From the NCBI RefSeq assembly GCF_963921235.1, contig NC_086097.1, positions 152,522,001-152,586,000 of the forward strand: a stretch of DNA of 64,000 nt. Reading direction: 5' to 3'. Below, piece after piece: positions 51,391-64,000 of this stretch. The stretch is from Mobula hypostoma. Taxonomy: Eukaryota. Position numbers and translations under genes: made by a program. Numbering within the stretch: position 1 is the first letter of the stretch; each line of letters begins with the position of its first letter. Under the pieces are notes generated by a model, which was not told the origin of the DNA, made no database searches, and was given only the letters and a program-made list of their open reading frames with translations.

Positions 51391-53439
51391 GGTGAAGTAC
51401 TCTTTATTTTATGGTCCTGGTTTATGCACTCGAGATTGTCAATGGCACTGCAATGGCCCTTATCCAATTTAAATACTCATGTGCCAGGGATTCCCAGAGG
51501 TCAGTGGAAATGTTGCATTATAGAGTGCAAGGGTAATGCTAATATTAAGAACTTTCAGGGGAAAACTGAATAATCAGATGCACAACTTGTTTGACAAAAC
51601 ATTACAAGATGTCCTGTCTGCCATCTTGGGTGGAAATGTTACATGTATGTGGCAATATTTTCTTATTCTATCCATTCTCTCTCAGCCTTTCCCAACACTG
51701 AGTATAAGTTGTTAGCTTCTGATCTGCTTGGCAATATTTTCATTCAGTCCTTAAGTGGCAGACTCCTTGTAATTTGCAATTTAGTTTTCTGTAATGTTTG
51801 ATTCCGGACACAGTCGTCCATTCAGACAAGTATAGGGCACCCTAGCCAGCAGTCCACAAAAAAAATCCTAAGAATTTTTATGTGAGACCAACAAGAACAG
51901 GAAAGTAGGAAGATATGTTTTAACCCCATCCTCTAGGCAACTGGTGACTCCCAATTCAACCTTTAATATCAATGCTTCATCCAAACCACCAAAAGCTGTA
52001 AACATCCCAGGAACACTAGTTTGAAACATTAAGTATCTGAGGCCACGACTGATCTAGGCAGTGGCTCACACACACAAGAATTCTGGAGGAATTCAGCAAG
52101 TGAGGCAATATGTTTGGAAGGGAATAAGCAGACAGAGGTGTAGACATTATATGGAAATGATGATAGCAAGGTCTATCACACACCCAAAAATAAATTCATT
52201 CTGAACTAAGATAGATCATAAGTTTGGTAGCTATGCAACACACTAATGTTGCCCTAGTGAATAAAGAGCATCTTTTCAGACTGACAAAACATGATTGATT
52301 AGCTTGGAAGATCTTAGTGTCTGCAAGTGTCTTCTGCTAGATTTCAACCTGTGGTCCTTCATCACCAAGTATATCACTTGTTGCAAAAAGAAAATATATT
52401 TAAAGCAATTTCTTTATCAAAGGATCTGAAGTAATTTATCTTGCCTCTGAACCTGTTCCTATCTTCTCTATCCCACTGCTATTTTGAAAAATGTTATTAT
52501 AATTCTTTCAAAGTAATTAATAGGGAAGAGGCACAATTTTTTCATTGTCATTAGCTCTATTTACTGCCACTTTTACTTGTGAGTCAGAGGTTTTGGGTGC
52601 ACAACCACCTACAACATTTGGGCAGATATCACATCATATGCAAAATAAATGAATTCATTTGATACCATAACTTAGGTTGCTTTCAATTGTTTGACAATGC
52701 TGGTCCCTATCCTGGACTTTGTTCAATTTAAAAAAAAAGATTTTTTATTTCAGTTCAATGCTGAGATAGTGCTTCTTGACAGGAAGAGATAAAATGTTAA
52801 TTTCCTCTGCAAACATGCCCTCTTTTTCAGTTCCAACACCTTTCCACCACATACCTGCACACTTCTATTGTTTAATTCCTTGTCATTGTGTCATTTTAAT
52901 TCAACAATATCACAGACATGCCTTGAACTGCCAGGTACCTATGCTCTGGAATTTCTTTTTAACCTTTTCAGCTTCCCTTGTTTTTTTTCCTTTAAGAAAC
53001 GCCTTCAAAAACCTACCTTTTTGAGCAAGGTTTTGTTTTTCTCATATCTTAAATGGTTCAATGTCAAATTATGTTTCATAATACTTCTGCAAAGTGAGTT
53101 TTAGTTTTTTACTATATTGATGATACTTAAGAAATACTTGGTGATGCTGCCAATGTTAAATCTAGGCTCTGTCAAAACTATTTTGTTGAAGATTAAACTC
53201 AACTTGCAAGACACAAGAAATTGCAAATATTGGAATTTGCAATAACAAGCAAATGTTTCGGGGAACTCAGTGGCCTGAATGTCATCTGCAGAGTAAGTAA
53301 AATGCTGATGTTTCATTTTGAGAGCCTGCATCAGTAATGATAGTGGAGGGGGAAGATAGCCAGCATAAAGCGAAAAGAGCAGCATTGAAATTTCCAATTT
53401 TTGCTAACCACTAATTCCTATGTTGTTTTTGTGGCTTTC

Positions 53440-53845
53440 TTCTCTCCCCCACTCTCCCTCTCTCCCCCTCTCGCTCTTTCACCCCCTCCCCCTCTATGGC
53501 TGTGTTGCTCTCTCTTACTCCCCCTCCCCTCACACCCACACACAAACACACATGCTCTCCACTTTCTCCATCTACATCAGTCACTCTCTCTCTCACTCTC
53601 TCTCTCTCCACACCTCTCTCTCTACACCCCTCTATCTGCCTTTCTCTCTCTACACACTCTCTCTGCCCCTCTCTCTCTACACACCCTCTCTCTGTCTTTC
53701 TCTCTCTACATCAGTCACTCTCTCTCTCTCTTGCTCTCTCTCTCTCTACACCCCTCTCTCTGTCTTTCTCCTTTCTCTCTCTACTCTCTCTCTCTACACA
53801 TCCTCTCTCTCTCTCCACCCTTCCTCCCTTCCCTCTCTCTGATCC
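53440..53845. repeat. CT-rich degenerate tandem repeat
   Basis: (CT)n runs punctuated by repeated ctacacacc and ctacatcagtcactctc units. Confidence 0.9.
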
Positions 53846-54769
53846 GCCTCTGATTATTTCCTTTTCTCAGTCTCCTTCCCCAGCTCTCCCACTACCACTT
53901 TACGCCCTTTCCACTCCCAGTTCCATCCACCTACCAGGTACACATTTCACCACTTCCTTACCAGATACCATCTGCCCTTCACCTTTTCCCTAATGTCTCC
54001 TATTCTCATCTTCCTTTACAGCTGTACTCCAGCACTGGTGACGGTTACTCCTTCCCCGTTCATCACCCTCAAGCAGCTGTCTCCATCTTCACCCACCCCA
54101 CTTCTGATCTGGTTCCTGATGTGCCCCATCTGCTTTTCTGTCCCTTGTTTGCTTTCACCTTTCACCTGCTCTGTCTCCCCCCACCTCCATTTAGCTTCAT
54201 CTGTTCATCATCCTTTACCCCTCTTTGATCAGCTACTGGCCCCTGTCTCACATCTCCTCTGCTGCTCCTTATAGTGGACATCTCCTTTATCTACTCTCAG
54301 ATCTGCTGCAGAGTTTTGACCTGAAACATCAACGACTTCTTCAACCCCGCACCTCTCAGATGCTTCGTGAGCCACTGGGTTCCTTTAAACAGTTTGTTTG
54401 TTACATTAAATCTGCTGCTAGGTCATGAATAGACACGTTTATTCCTCCTGGCATTCCTTGCTGAATACCAATCCTTCGACGTCAGATTAAAACTAAAACA
54501 CAAATAAAATAAATATACTTATTATTTCAATTTGTGGGGCCAAGTTCAAATTCAACTTGATTATCTAGATAACAGCAACCAATTCACTTAAGGATGTTTT
54601 GTAATTTATTCGTTCAAGTGATATAGAAAATGCTGGCAAGCATTCGGCAGAAGGCTAGAATTACATGCAGCCCATACCCAGTGGAACTGGCACACTTCTA
54701 TTTTTTGAAGGTTATGCGTGAATGTGTTAGATATTCAACTAAATACTCACATTCATAGTCCCACAAATT

Positions 54770-55370
54770 AGAACGTAAGAAATAGGAACAGCAAGAGGTT
54801 CTTTGGCCTTTAGTACCCGCTCCACCATCCAATGAGATCATAATTGATCCTTTACCTTCGCTCGACTTTCCTCTACCAACCTCATATCTCTTGATTCTCT
54901 TAATGTATAAAAATCTATCAGTCTCTGTCTTGAAGTCACTCAGCAGCAGAGCCACCACCTTCTTGGGGAAGAGAATTCAAAAGGTTTATTCTGCTTTGGT
55001 GAAGATACAATATCTGCTTTTCTTCCTTTTGAATGGCAGATCATTTACCTTGAGACTCCAGCCCTTCGTTCTATGCACCAGACTCAGAACAAACCACAAG
55101 TCTGTCAAAGCCTGTAAGACTTCTGTCTGTTGCAATGACATCGATTGTCATCCCTTTAAACATTAGAGTATCATCCCAATTTGATTGACCTCCCTTAAAA
55201 GGGCAAACCTCTCACATCAGGAACAAATATGATGAACCTTAGCTGCACTCCATCTCCTGCAATATACAGTATATCCTTCCTTATATAAACTGACAAGTCT
55301 GTGCATCATATTCCAGATGCAGTCACTGCATAACTGGAAAAAGACATCTCCACTCTTACATTCAAATCCC
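54770..55370 (-). mobile_element. old CR1 3' fragment
   Basis: tagaacgtaagaaatagg tail; FKTETDRFLYIKRIKRY. Confidence 0.7.
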
Positions 55371-55486
55371 ACAAATTAAATTTCTTTTTCAAAATTCAGA
55401 TTAACAATTTGCTCTACAGGGTGTTGAATTCAAGATTTATTCTGAGTTATTCATACAGAATCATAACCAGTTCTTTAACTAATATC

Positions 55487-56052
55487 TCCCATTCTGACAT
55501 GTTGGTCCAAGGCCTCCTCTACTGCCATGATGAGACCACATTCAGGTTGGAGGAATAACACCTCATCCTGTCTGTGTAACCTACAACCTTATGGCATGAT
55601 CATCGATTTCTCCATCTTCTAGTAATTTCCATCCTTTCCTTCTTCCTCTTTTTCCGTTCCCCATTCTGGCTCCCCTCTCACCTCTTCTCTTCTCCTCACC
55701 TCTCCATCAGCTCCCTCTGATGCCTTCTCCTTCCCTTTCTTCCTATCAGATTTGTTATTCTTCAGCTCTTTACCTCTTCCATCTATCGCCTCCTAGATTG
55801 TTACATCTTCCCCTCCCCCACCCACCCACCTCTCCTTTCACTTGGTTTCACCATTCACCAGCCAGCTTGTACTTCTTCCCCTTGCCACACCTTCTTCTTC
55901 TGGATTCTGCCTCCTTCCTTTCCAGACCTGATGAAGGCTCTCAGCCCAAAACGTCGACTGTTATTCCCCTCCATTGATACTGCCTGATTTCCTCTAGCAT
56001 TTTCTGTGCGTAACTCAGTGTCTCCAGTATCTGCAGAGCCTCTTCTGTTTAT
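55487..56052 (+). mobile_element. Penelope-like 3' end with hammerhead motif (55923-55960)
   Basis: ggcctcctctactgccatgatgag..aggttggagga GIY-YIG end, pyrimidine-rich UTR, ctgatga-aggctctcagccc-aaaacgtc. Confidence 0.82.
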
Positions 56053-59000
56053 ACACACAATTGAATCAACCTTAGCTTGATTATATTCAATAACGTTCTG
56101 TATAATTATTAAATCTTCCCTTATCCGTAACAGCAAAAAAGCTCAAAATATTAAATGATATCGCATTTAGAACATAGAAAATTGGAAATGCTGTGACTTT
56201 CAATAAATAGGCAAAAATTGTGGCATTCTTCACTGCAATCAGTAAAATGATATATGGCCATACTTTTTTCTTCTTTTTGTTTTTTTAGTTGATCAAGGAT
56301 TCTAGGTCCAGCACACCAGAATAACATGTCTCTCTGAACAGGTAGCATAACTTAATGCTGGGTAAGATCTTGGGACATTCCCAAGATGGTGCTGGCAGCA
56401 TTCAATAGTGTTTTGCGGGCAGCTCACAAATCTACTAGATACTCTACAATATATATTTATTCTGAACTACGATCACTGCAATCTGCAGTCTGTCATTTCC
56501 TTTAAGAAATGTACTTTCGAAATGACTAAATTAACTAGCGATTGTAGGATCTCCTGAAAGACGGTGAACTTCAATCTCAAGAATGCAGAAATGACTGGGG
56601 AGGCCATCACTGGAGGCAGACACTCTGTCGAGGGCCAAGAGAGCAAAATGAACCCATGCTCATGTCAATTAAAATGTCAAGCTAGATTAAAAGCATTGAG
56701 ACTGAGAGCGGAAAGCGGGTGTTTCAGTGTCATCTGCCTACGTTTGAACATCTCTCTCACTCTCTCTCTCATTGTCTTCTTGCTGCTGCCATCAGGTGAG
56801 AGATGCAGGAGTCTTGGGTCTCACACCTCCTGCTTCGGGAGCAGTTATTGCCCTGCAGCCATGGGGCTCCTCGAGAGGCTTCACTTGCCTCAGTGCTGAA
56901 CTCACTCCACAGTTGTGGGGTCACTTTCCGCACCACTCTGCATAATCTGTTCACTTTGTTTTTACTATTTGCATGAGAAGAATAATATCTTAATGCTTTG
57001 ATTATTTGTCTGTCCTAATATGCTACGGTGAGCCTATTGCAATATTCTTTTCACCTTACCCTCGAAGGAAATATGCAATTAAGCTTCAGCTGAGATCTGT
57101 TTAGTTAGATCTTTATCTCATCAATATTTTGTTCATATTTTGTCAAGCCCAGAGTTGGAGAGATTTGAGACACAAACATTTACAGATGCTTTGGCCAAAC
57201 AGACCATAAAGTCAAACGCACTGCAGCCTGACCCGCAACCTGCCTTTCCAGAGGTTAGTCGAGATTTATTTATAGAAATAAATAGCTCGAAGCCATTGAT
57301 TGCATTTCAAATTCTAAACAGTAAACAAAGAAACACTTAAAAATAAATATAATAATCAGATTCCTATCTGTTTTACTAAGTGTTAACATAACTAGGCTGA
57401 AGCATCTTTTACCTCACTCTGGGGTTGGAGACACAGTGGACCTATACTTAAGTCCGAATAATGCAAAATGTCTCAGCTCAGATGTCTAGTGCTAGGTTCT
57501 AATGTCTAGGAGTTCATTGTATTAATAGATGTTACACTTCCTCTCAGTGTGGTTATGGCTGGGGTTCCAATGTCATCAAATTACCTAACCACTGATTACG
57601 TCTGATTGATTTGCCCCTAGCTTGTAGACATGTGTTTAGTCAAGCCATCAAGCTTCCTTGTATGTGTTACATACTGGAGGTAATCAAAGCATTAGGATAT
57701 TACTCTTCTCGTGCAAAAAGTTTTTTAAAAAATGAACAAATTATGCAGAGTGATACAAAAAGTCAGTCTACAGTTGTGGAGTAAGTTCAGAACTGAGGCA
57801 AGTGAAGAGGGCAATCTGATAAAATAAAAAATGCACATTTTGTTCTTCACTCCTGTATCTCTCATATGTGTGTTTTTTAGTACAACAAAATTAACAATAT
57901 CTTTCTTAAAGTTTTGTACAAGGATTAAGTATTTTTTGTCAGTTTCTGAAGCATATGAGTTTGTTCTCCTGTGTTGACACACCCACATACTTTGCTCATC
58001 CCAGCATCATATAAATTCACCTCTTCTCTTCCACCTTTTCTTTCCATCAATGCTATCTCAATTCTTATTCAGCTCTGACTTGCTTCTCTGATTCTCTTAA
58101 GCTTCTTCCAATAAGATCATTATCTTCTCTTCATCCAGTACGTTGAAAATGTTAGACCTAATTTCTGTTCTCAGAATTGTGCTGCCCTCCCTCATCTCTT
58201 CAACCATTCCATTCAAATCTTATTGCAGACATTGTAGGCAGTGTTATTGATAGTTCAATAATCATCTCCCCAAAATTATCCCATCACACCGTCTCTCCAA
58301 AAGTATTTAATCCATCATATGAAGAAATAACTCCTTTTAAGCCCTGCTGAATGAAAAAAACATTTATTGTGAATACCATTAATTAAAAAGAATGTTTTAA
58401 ATATAATCTCGACAGAACTTCAGAATGAAATTCAAATTAAGGTTAACAAATTTTAAACCGGCTCATTAAAAAAGTGTCCTTTAGCAATGTCTGTAATTTG
58501 ATTTTTTTGGGTTAATTTGATAAATTCAACAAAGGTATGGTAGAAACCTTATTGTTTAACTACACTGAGACTGCCTGTTGCTAATTACATTATTTCACTC
58601 TGTCAGGGGTGGCCTAGTTCCATATTTTAATGTTCACAAACAGTGAAGCATAAGGGAAGAACACAAACTATTGACAGGCATCTAATATCCTCAATTTTAA
58701 ATCAACATTTTATTTACATAATAATGTTCACCACATGAAAGAAAAAAAACAGTTGCTTCTGACTGTATCTCTTCCCTACTTCCTTGAAGTTATTGCATCA
58801 CTCTATGGAGATTGTTACAAGCCAGATGGATGAAGAATGCTGAATTTTCAGGTGGCTTGTCTTTTCAGACCATAACATTAACATTGCTGGACAGTAACAT
58901 GTTTGATCCCTGAACTTTTTAATATCTAATTTTACGTATTCATTCACAAAACAGGAACATTACCAGCAAGACTGACACTTATTGTCCATCCCCAAACTGT

Positions 59001-59899
59001 TCACTGAACAGGGGTTGTTTGCTGGCGCACAAAGTTAGAACAGGTAAAGATGACAAAAGGACATTAAATAACCAGATAGGTTTTTGATGACAATCAGGTT
59101 ACCATTACCAATTCGCAGTATTTATTCTAGATTTATTTAAGCTCTTGGATAGGTATTCTCCAGCTCTTGCAATGTGATTCAAACTCTGAGGAATATTGAG
59201 ATCAATAGTCCAGATGTGTAGAGATATTGATAATTTAACTACAAATTTCACACACTTGTACTTGATCTCCCAATCTACCTTACTGTGGTCCTTGGACTTT
59301 ATCTGTCTGCCTGTACTGCACTTTTTCTGTAGTTGTAACAAAATATTTTGCATTCTCGTTTCCTTTTCCTACCTCAATGTCCTTATGAATGGCATGATCT
59401 GCCTGAATAGCATGCAGATAAGGTTTTGCACTATATGCCAGTAAACGTGCAGTGAGAGACGGTAAGTTCAAAGGAAAAGTGTGGAGCAGGGTTTTCACGA
59501 TGTGGGTGACTGGAGTGAACTGCCAGGGCTGGTGGTGGTGGCAGGTACCACAGTGGTGTTTAAGAGGCTCTTAGGTACATCCAGGAATATGGTGGCACAC
59601 TCAGACACAGCAGCCTCCCTGGGTCCAAACAAAAGAACAATTGTTCTTCTTTTATGCCTTATTCACAATCACAAGACACTGAGGTCATCAACAACATCAA
59701 GTGTTGCAGGTCTATCCCGCTAGCGGTGGAGCTGGATTTGATGCGTACTGTGTTGCACTCTGCTTCAGCCACACAGGGAGAAAACATCGTCACTGGCGCT
59801 GTGTGATCCTATGGACAGTGCGGGTGGTTGTCTTGGTTGTTTTTGTTGTGGTCACGAGATCTTGTTGGATATTGGTAATGTGAGTCAAATTCATTGGCA

Positions 59900-62837
59900 A
59901 GACCAACAGTAGGGGAGCTGCACGGACCAGGCCTCATTTGGGGACATGATGTTTTAAAGGGGAAGAGTGAACAGCCAGAAGTCCTGATAATTATTGGCAC
60001 CAATGACATAGGTAGAAATACGAGGAGATCCTGAAAAGAGAACTTAGGGAGCCAGGTAGAAAGCTGAAAAGCAGGACCACTGTGGATTTTTCTGGATTTC
60101 TGCCTGTGCCACGTGCCAATGAAGGAAGGAACAGGATGATTTGAAAGATGCATGCATGGCTAAGAAGCTGGTGCAAGGGACAGGGTTTCAGATTTCTGGA
60201 TCACTGGAATCTCCTCTGGGAAATTACGACCTGTACAAAAGGGATGGGTTACGTCTGAACCCAAAGGGAACCAATATCCTTGTGGGCAGGTTCGCATGAG
60301 CTTTTGGAGAGGGTTTAAACTAATTTGGCAGGGGGATGAGAACCAGAGTAATAGGGCTGATGATGGGGCTGTTGGTTTACAAGCAGAGGTAGTGTGTAGT
60401 GAAACTTTCAGGAAGGACAGGCAGATGAGAGGGCAAAATTTCAGTTAGTAGAATATGTTTCAGTGTAAAAGGGGGGGGGCAAATTGAAAAGGGTGACAGA
60501 AACAGGATTGAAGGTTTGAAGGTGTTATATTTCAATGCGTGTAGTGTATGGAATAAGATAGATGATCTTGTAGCACAGTTAAAGATTGTCAGGTATGATG
60601 TTGTGGGCACTATTGAATCGTGGCTGTTAGAAGATTAATTTGGGAGTGTAACATCCAGAAGTACACATTGTATCAAACCGACAGGCAGAGGGGAGAAGTG
60701 GCTCTGTTGGTAAAAAATGAAATCAAATTCTTAAAAAAGGTGACATAGGATCGGAAGATGTAGAATCCTTGTGGGTAGAGTTAAGAAGCTGCAAGGGTAA
60801 AAAGACCCTGATGGGAGTTATATACAGGCCTCTGAACATTAGCCAGGATGTGGGCTACAAAATAGAATGGGAGATAGAAAAGGCATGTCAAAAAGTCAAT
60901 GTTGTAATAGTTATGGGAGATTTCAACATGCAGGTAGATTGGGAAAATCAGGTTTGTGCTGGATCCCAAGAGGGAGAATTTGTAGAATGCCTACAAGATA
61001 TCTGTTTAGAGCAACTTGTGGTTGAGCCCACTAGGGGATCAACTATTCTGGATTAAGTATTGTGCAATGATCTAGATTTGATTAGGGAGCTTAATGTAAA
61101 GGAACACTTTGGAGGCAGTGATAATGATATGATAGAATTCACCCTGAAATTTGAGAGGGAGAAGCTGGAGTCAGATGTATCAGTGTTACAGTGTAGTAAA
61201 GTCAGTTACAGAGGCATGAGAGAGGAGCTGGCTGAAGTTGCTTGGAAGATGACGCTATCAGGGATGGCAGCACAGCAGGAATGATTGCAGTTTCTGGGAG
61301 CAATTTGGAAAGTGTAGGATTTATACACTCCAAAGAAAAAGAAATATTTTAAAGGCAGGATGATGAAATCATAGCTGACAAGGGAAGTCAAAGCTAACAT
61401 AAACTCAAAAGAGATGGCAAATAATAGACAAAAAAAAATTGGAAGTTCAAAGATTGAAAAAGTTTTAAAAATCAGCAGAACACAACTAAAAAAGCCATAA
61501 GGAGGAAAAAGATGAAATATGAAGGTAAGCTTGTTGACAATATCAAAGATGATACCAAACTTATTTTTCAAATATTTTAGGAATAAAAGAGAAGCAACAG
61601 TAGATATTGAACCACTGAAAAAATGATGCTGGAGAGGTAGCATTGGGGGACAAGGAAATGGCAGAAAAACTGAATAAGTATTTTACGTCAGCCTTCACTG
61701 TGGAAAACACCAGCAGTATTCTGGAATTTCAAGAGTGTCAGGGGCAGATGTGAGTGCAGTTGCTATTAACAGGGAGAAGGTGCTTGGGAAACTGAAAGGG
61801 CTGACGGTAGATAAGACAATCGGACCAGATGTACTACACACCAGAGTTCTGAAAGAGGTAGCTGAAGAGATTGTGGAGGAATTAGTAATGATCTTTCAAG
61901 AATCAAGAATCACTAGATTCTGGGATTGTTCCGGAGGATTGGCAATTTGCAAATGTCACTCTGCTCGTCAAGAAGGGAGAGAGGCAAAAGAGAGGAAACT
62001 ATAGACCAGTTAGTCTGACTTCAGTGGTTGAGAAAATGTTTGAGTTGATTGTTAAAGATGTGGTTTTGGAGTATTTGGAGGTACATGATAACATAGGCCA
62101 AAGTCAGCATGGTTTCCTTAAGGGAAAATCTTGCCTGATAAATCTTCTGGAATTCTTTGAGGAAATAACAAGCAAGATAGATGAAGAAGAATAGGTGAAT
62201 GTTGTGTACATTCACCTATCCGTGGTGCAAAGGAACTTGGAAGTCTTCGTGCAGGTTTCTCTAAAGGTTAATTTGCAGGTTGAGTCGATGGTGAGGAAGG
62301 TGGTAGAATATGATGTTAGTATTCTGTTTGAGAGGACTAGAATATAAATGAAGGATATACTGCTGAGGCTTAAGGCACTGATGAAGTCTCACTTGGAGTA
62401 TTCTGAATAGTTTTAGGTCCCTGACTTTAAAAAGAATATGTTGACATCGGAGAGGGTTTAGAGAAGGTTCACAAGAATGATTCCTGGAATGAAAGGATTA
62501 TTGTTGACGCTGGGCCTTTATTCACTGGATAGAATAGATGTGGAAATAATGTTTCCGATGGTGGAGGAGTCTAGGTCTGAAGGCATAGCAGGGGAATTTC
62601 CATTTAAAATGAAGTTGAGAACCAATTTCTTTGGCAGAAGGTGTGGAATCTGTGGAATTTGTTGCCACAGGCAGCTGCGGAGGTTTTTGATTAGTCAAGG
62701 CATGAAAGTTATGGGGAGAAGGCAGGAGAATGGAGCTGAAAGGGAAATGGATTTGCTATGATGAAATGGCAGAACAGACTCAATGGGTCAAATGGCCTAA
62801 TCCTACTCCTACGTCTGATAGTTTTATGGTATTATGG
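59900..62837 (+). mobile_element. CR1 LINE with ORF1 esterase, endonuclease and partly deleted RT
   Basis: IGTNDIG (SGNH ORF1), GVIYRP..MGDFN, GGSDNDMIEF, GPDVLHTRVLKE; tail ttatggtattatggt. Confidence 0.9.
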
Positions 62838-63354
62838 TTTCATGCCTGTTGCAGCCACCGAGGATGGAGATGTTGGAGCTGGCTGTATGCCAGTGGATTC
62901 CACGCTGGGTTGGAGGCTGACATCTCCCATCGGTGCTACACTGCAGTGTTTGTTCAGAGGGAGACCAATTGTATTGTGGTTGTCTGCTGCTGTACTACAC
63001 CATATAAGGAACTGCTGTGTGTTGTCCTTTGCAGAAACGAGGCCCCAGATCAACATCCATGAACCATCAATCTTCAGGCCGTGACACTCAGGGAAGTTGA
63101 AGATACATTATTATTTTTTACTATCTTTTGTAACTATGTTTTTCTGTTATCATAATGACTCAGTTTCTGGTTTTATTTTACATTGTCTGATTCAAATGAT
63201 GATAAATTTTTGTTGACTTTGTTATTTCTTTTGGATCAGTGGAAATTACTTTGCTGGAAGATAACGTGGTTGAGGTTGAGAGTCCCTTTCAATTTTCTCT
63301 TTTAGTTGATTTCATTTTGGTGTCTGTACCCCTCTTTTCCTACGTTACATCACA

Positions 63355-64000
63355 ACTGCTTCCTGCACCCATGCCGAGCTCATCAACTTCACCAACTTTG
63401 CCTCCAACTTCCACCCTGCCCTCAAATTTACCTGGTCCATTTCCGACACCTCCTTCCCCTTTCTTGATCTCACTGTCTATCTCTGGATGTCTACTGATTT
63501 CTATTATAAACCCACGGACTCACACAGCTACCAGGACTATACCTCTTCCCATCCTGTTGTAAAAATACCACCCCCCTTCTCCCAATTCCTTCAACTCTGC
63601 TACATCTGCTCTCAGGATGAGGCTTTCCATTCTAGAATAAAGGAGATGTTCTCCTTTTTCAAAGAAAGAGGTTTCCCTTCCTCCACCATCAACACTACCC
63701 TCAACCACATCTCTTCCATTTTACGCATGTTTGCCCTCACCCCATCCTCCTGCCACCCTATCAGGGATAGTGTTCCTCTTGTTCTCACCTACCACCCCAC
63801 CAGCCTCTGAGTCCAGCACATAATTCTCCGGAACTTCTGCTACCTCCAACTGGATCCCACCACCAAGCACATCCTTCCCTCCCCTCATTTTCTGTTTTCC
63901 GCAGGGATCTCTCCCTATGCGACTCCCTTGTCCATTCGTCCCTCCCTATTGATCTCCTTCCTGGCACTTATCCTTGCAAGCAGAACAAGGTGCTACACTT
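63355..64000 (+). mobile_element. Penelope-like RT C-terminal region (runs off the window)
   Basis: NFHPALKFTWSISDTSFPFLDL and STDFYYKPTDSHSYQDYTSSH. Confidence 0.88.

Noticed and set aside
53401..53993. Several 140-165 aa Ser/Leu-rich ORFs
   Set aside because: Artefacts of the CT repeat, which lacks stop codons.
1..64000. CRISPR arrays, operons, rRNA or intact tRNA genes
   Set aside because: None seen; the sequence is vertebrate-type repeat DNA and the tRNA-like motifs are SINE heads or primer-binding sites.

Overview
Eukaryotic, repeat-dense genomic DNA, most likely an intron or intergenic region of a cartilaginous fish. This is inferred from the mix of CR1 LINEs, V-SINE/HE1-type SINEs, Rex1/Babar, RTE and Penelope-like elements. 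No intact host gene is recognisable, and nearly all listed ORFs are transposon fragments, their antisense frames or low-complexity artefacts. The main finding is a 4.1-kb Gypsy-type LTR element (9644-13736) with paired ~695-bp LTRs, a GACT target-site duplication, a PBS and a PPT. It has decayed gag/protease/RT, and in place of RNase H/integrase it carries an intronless, single-frame mosaic of sarcomeric myosin heavy-chain rod sequence, most like MYH16, consistent with a host mRNA captured by a retrotransposon. It sits in a four-level nest of insertions (8120-17729). Also present: a Gmr1-like LTR element with a tRNA-Leu PBS and nested CR1 and Nimb LINEs, Penelope-like elements with minimal hammerhead ribozymes (including fold-back insertions with TSDs), two young sister CR1 copies, a solo LTR and a U6 pseudogene. 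All homology calls were made by eye against remembered consensus sequences; no searches were run.
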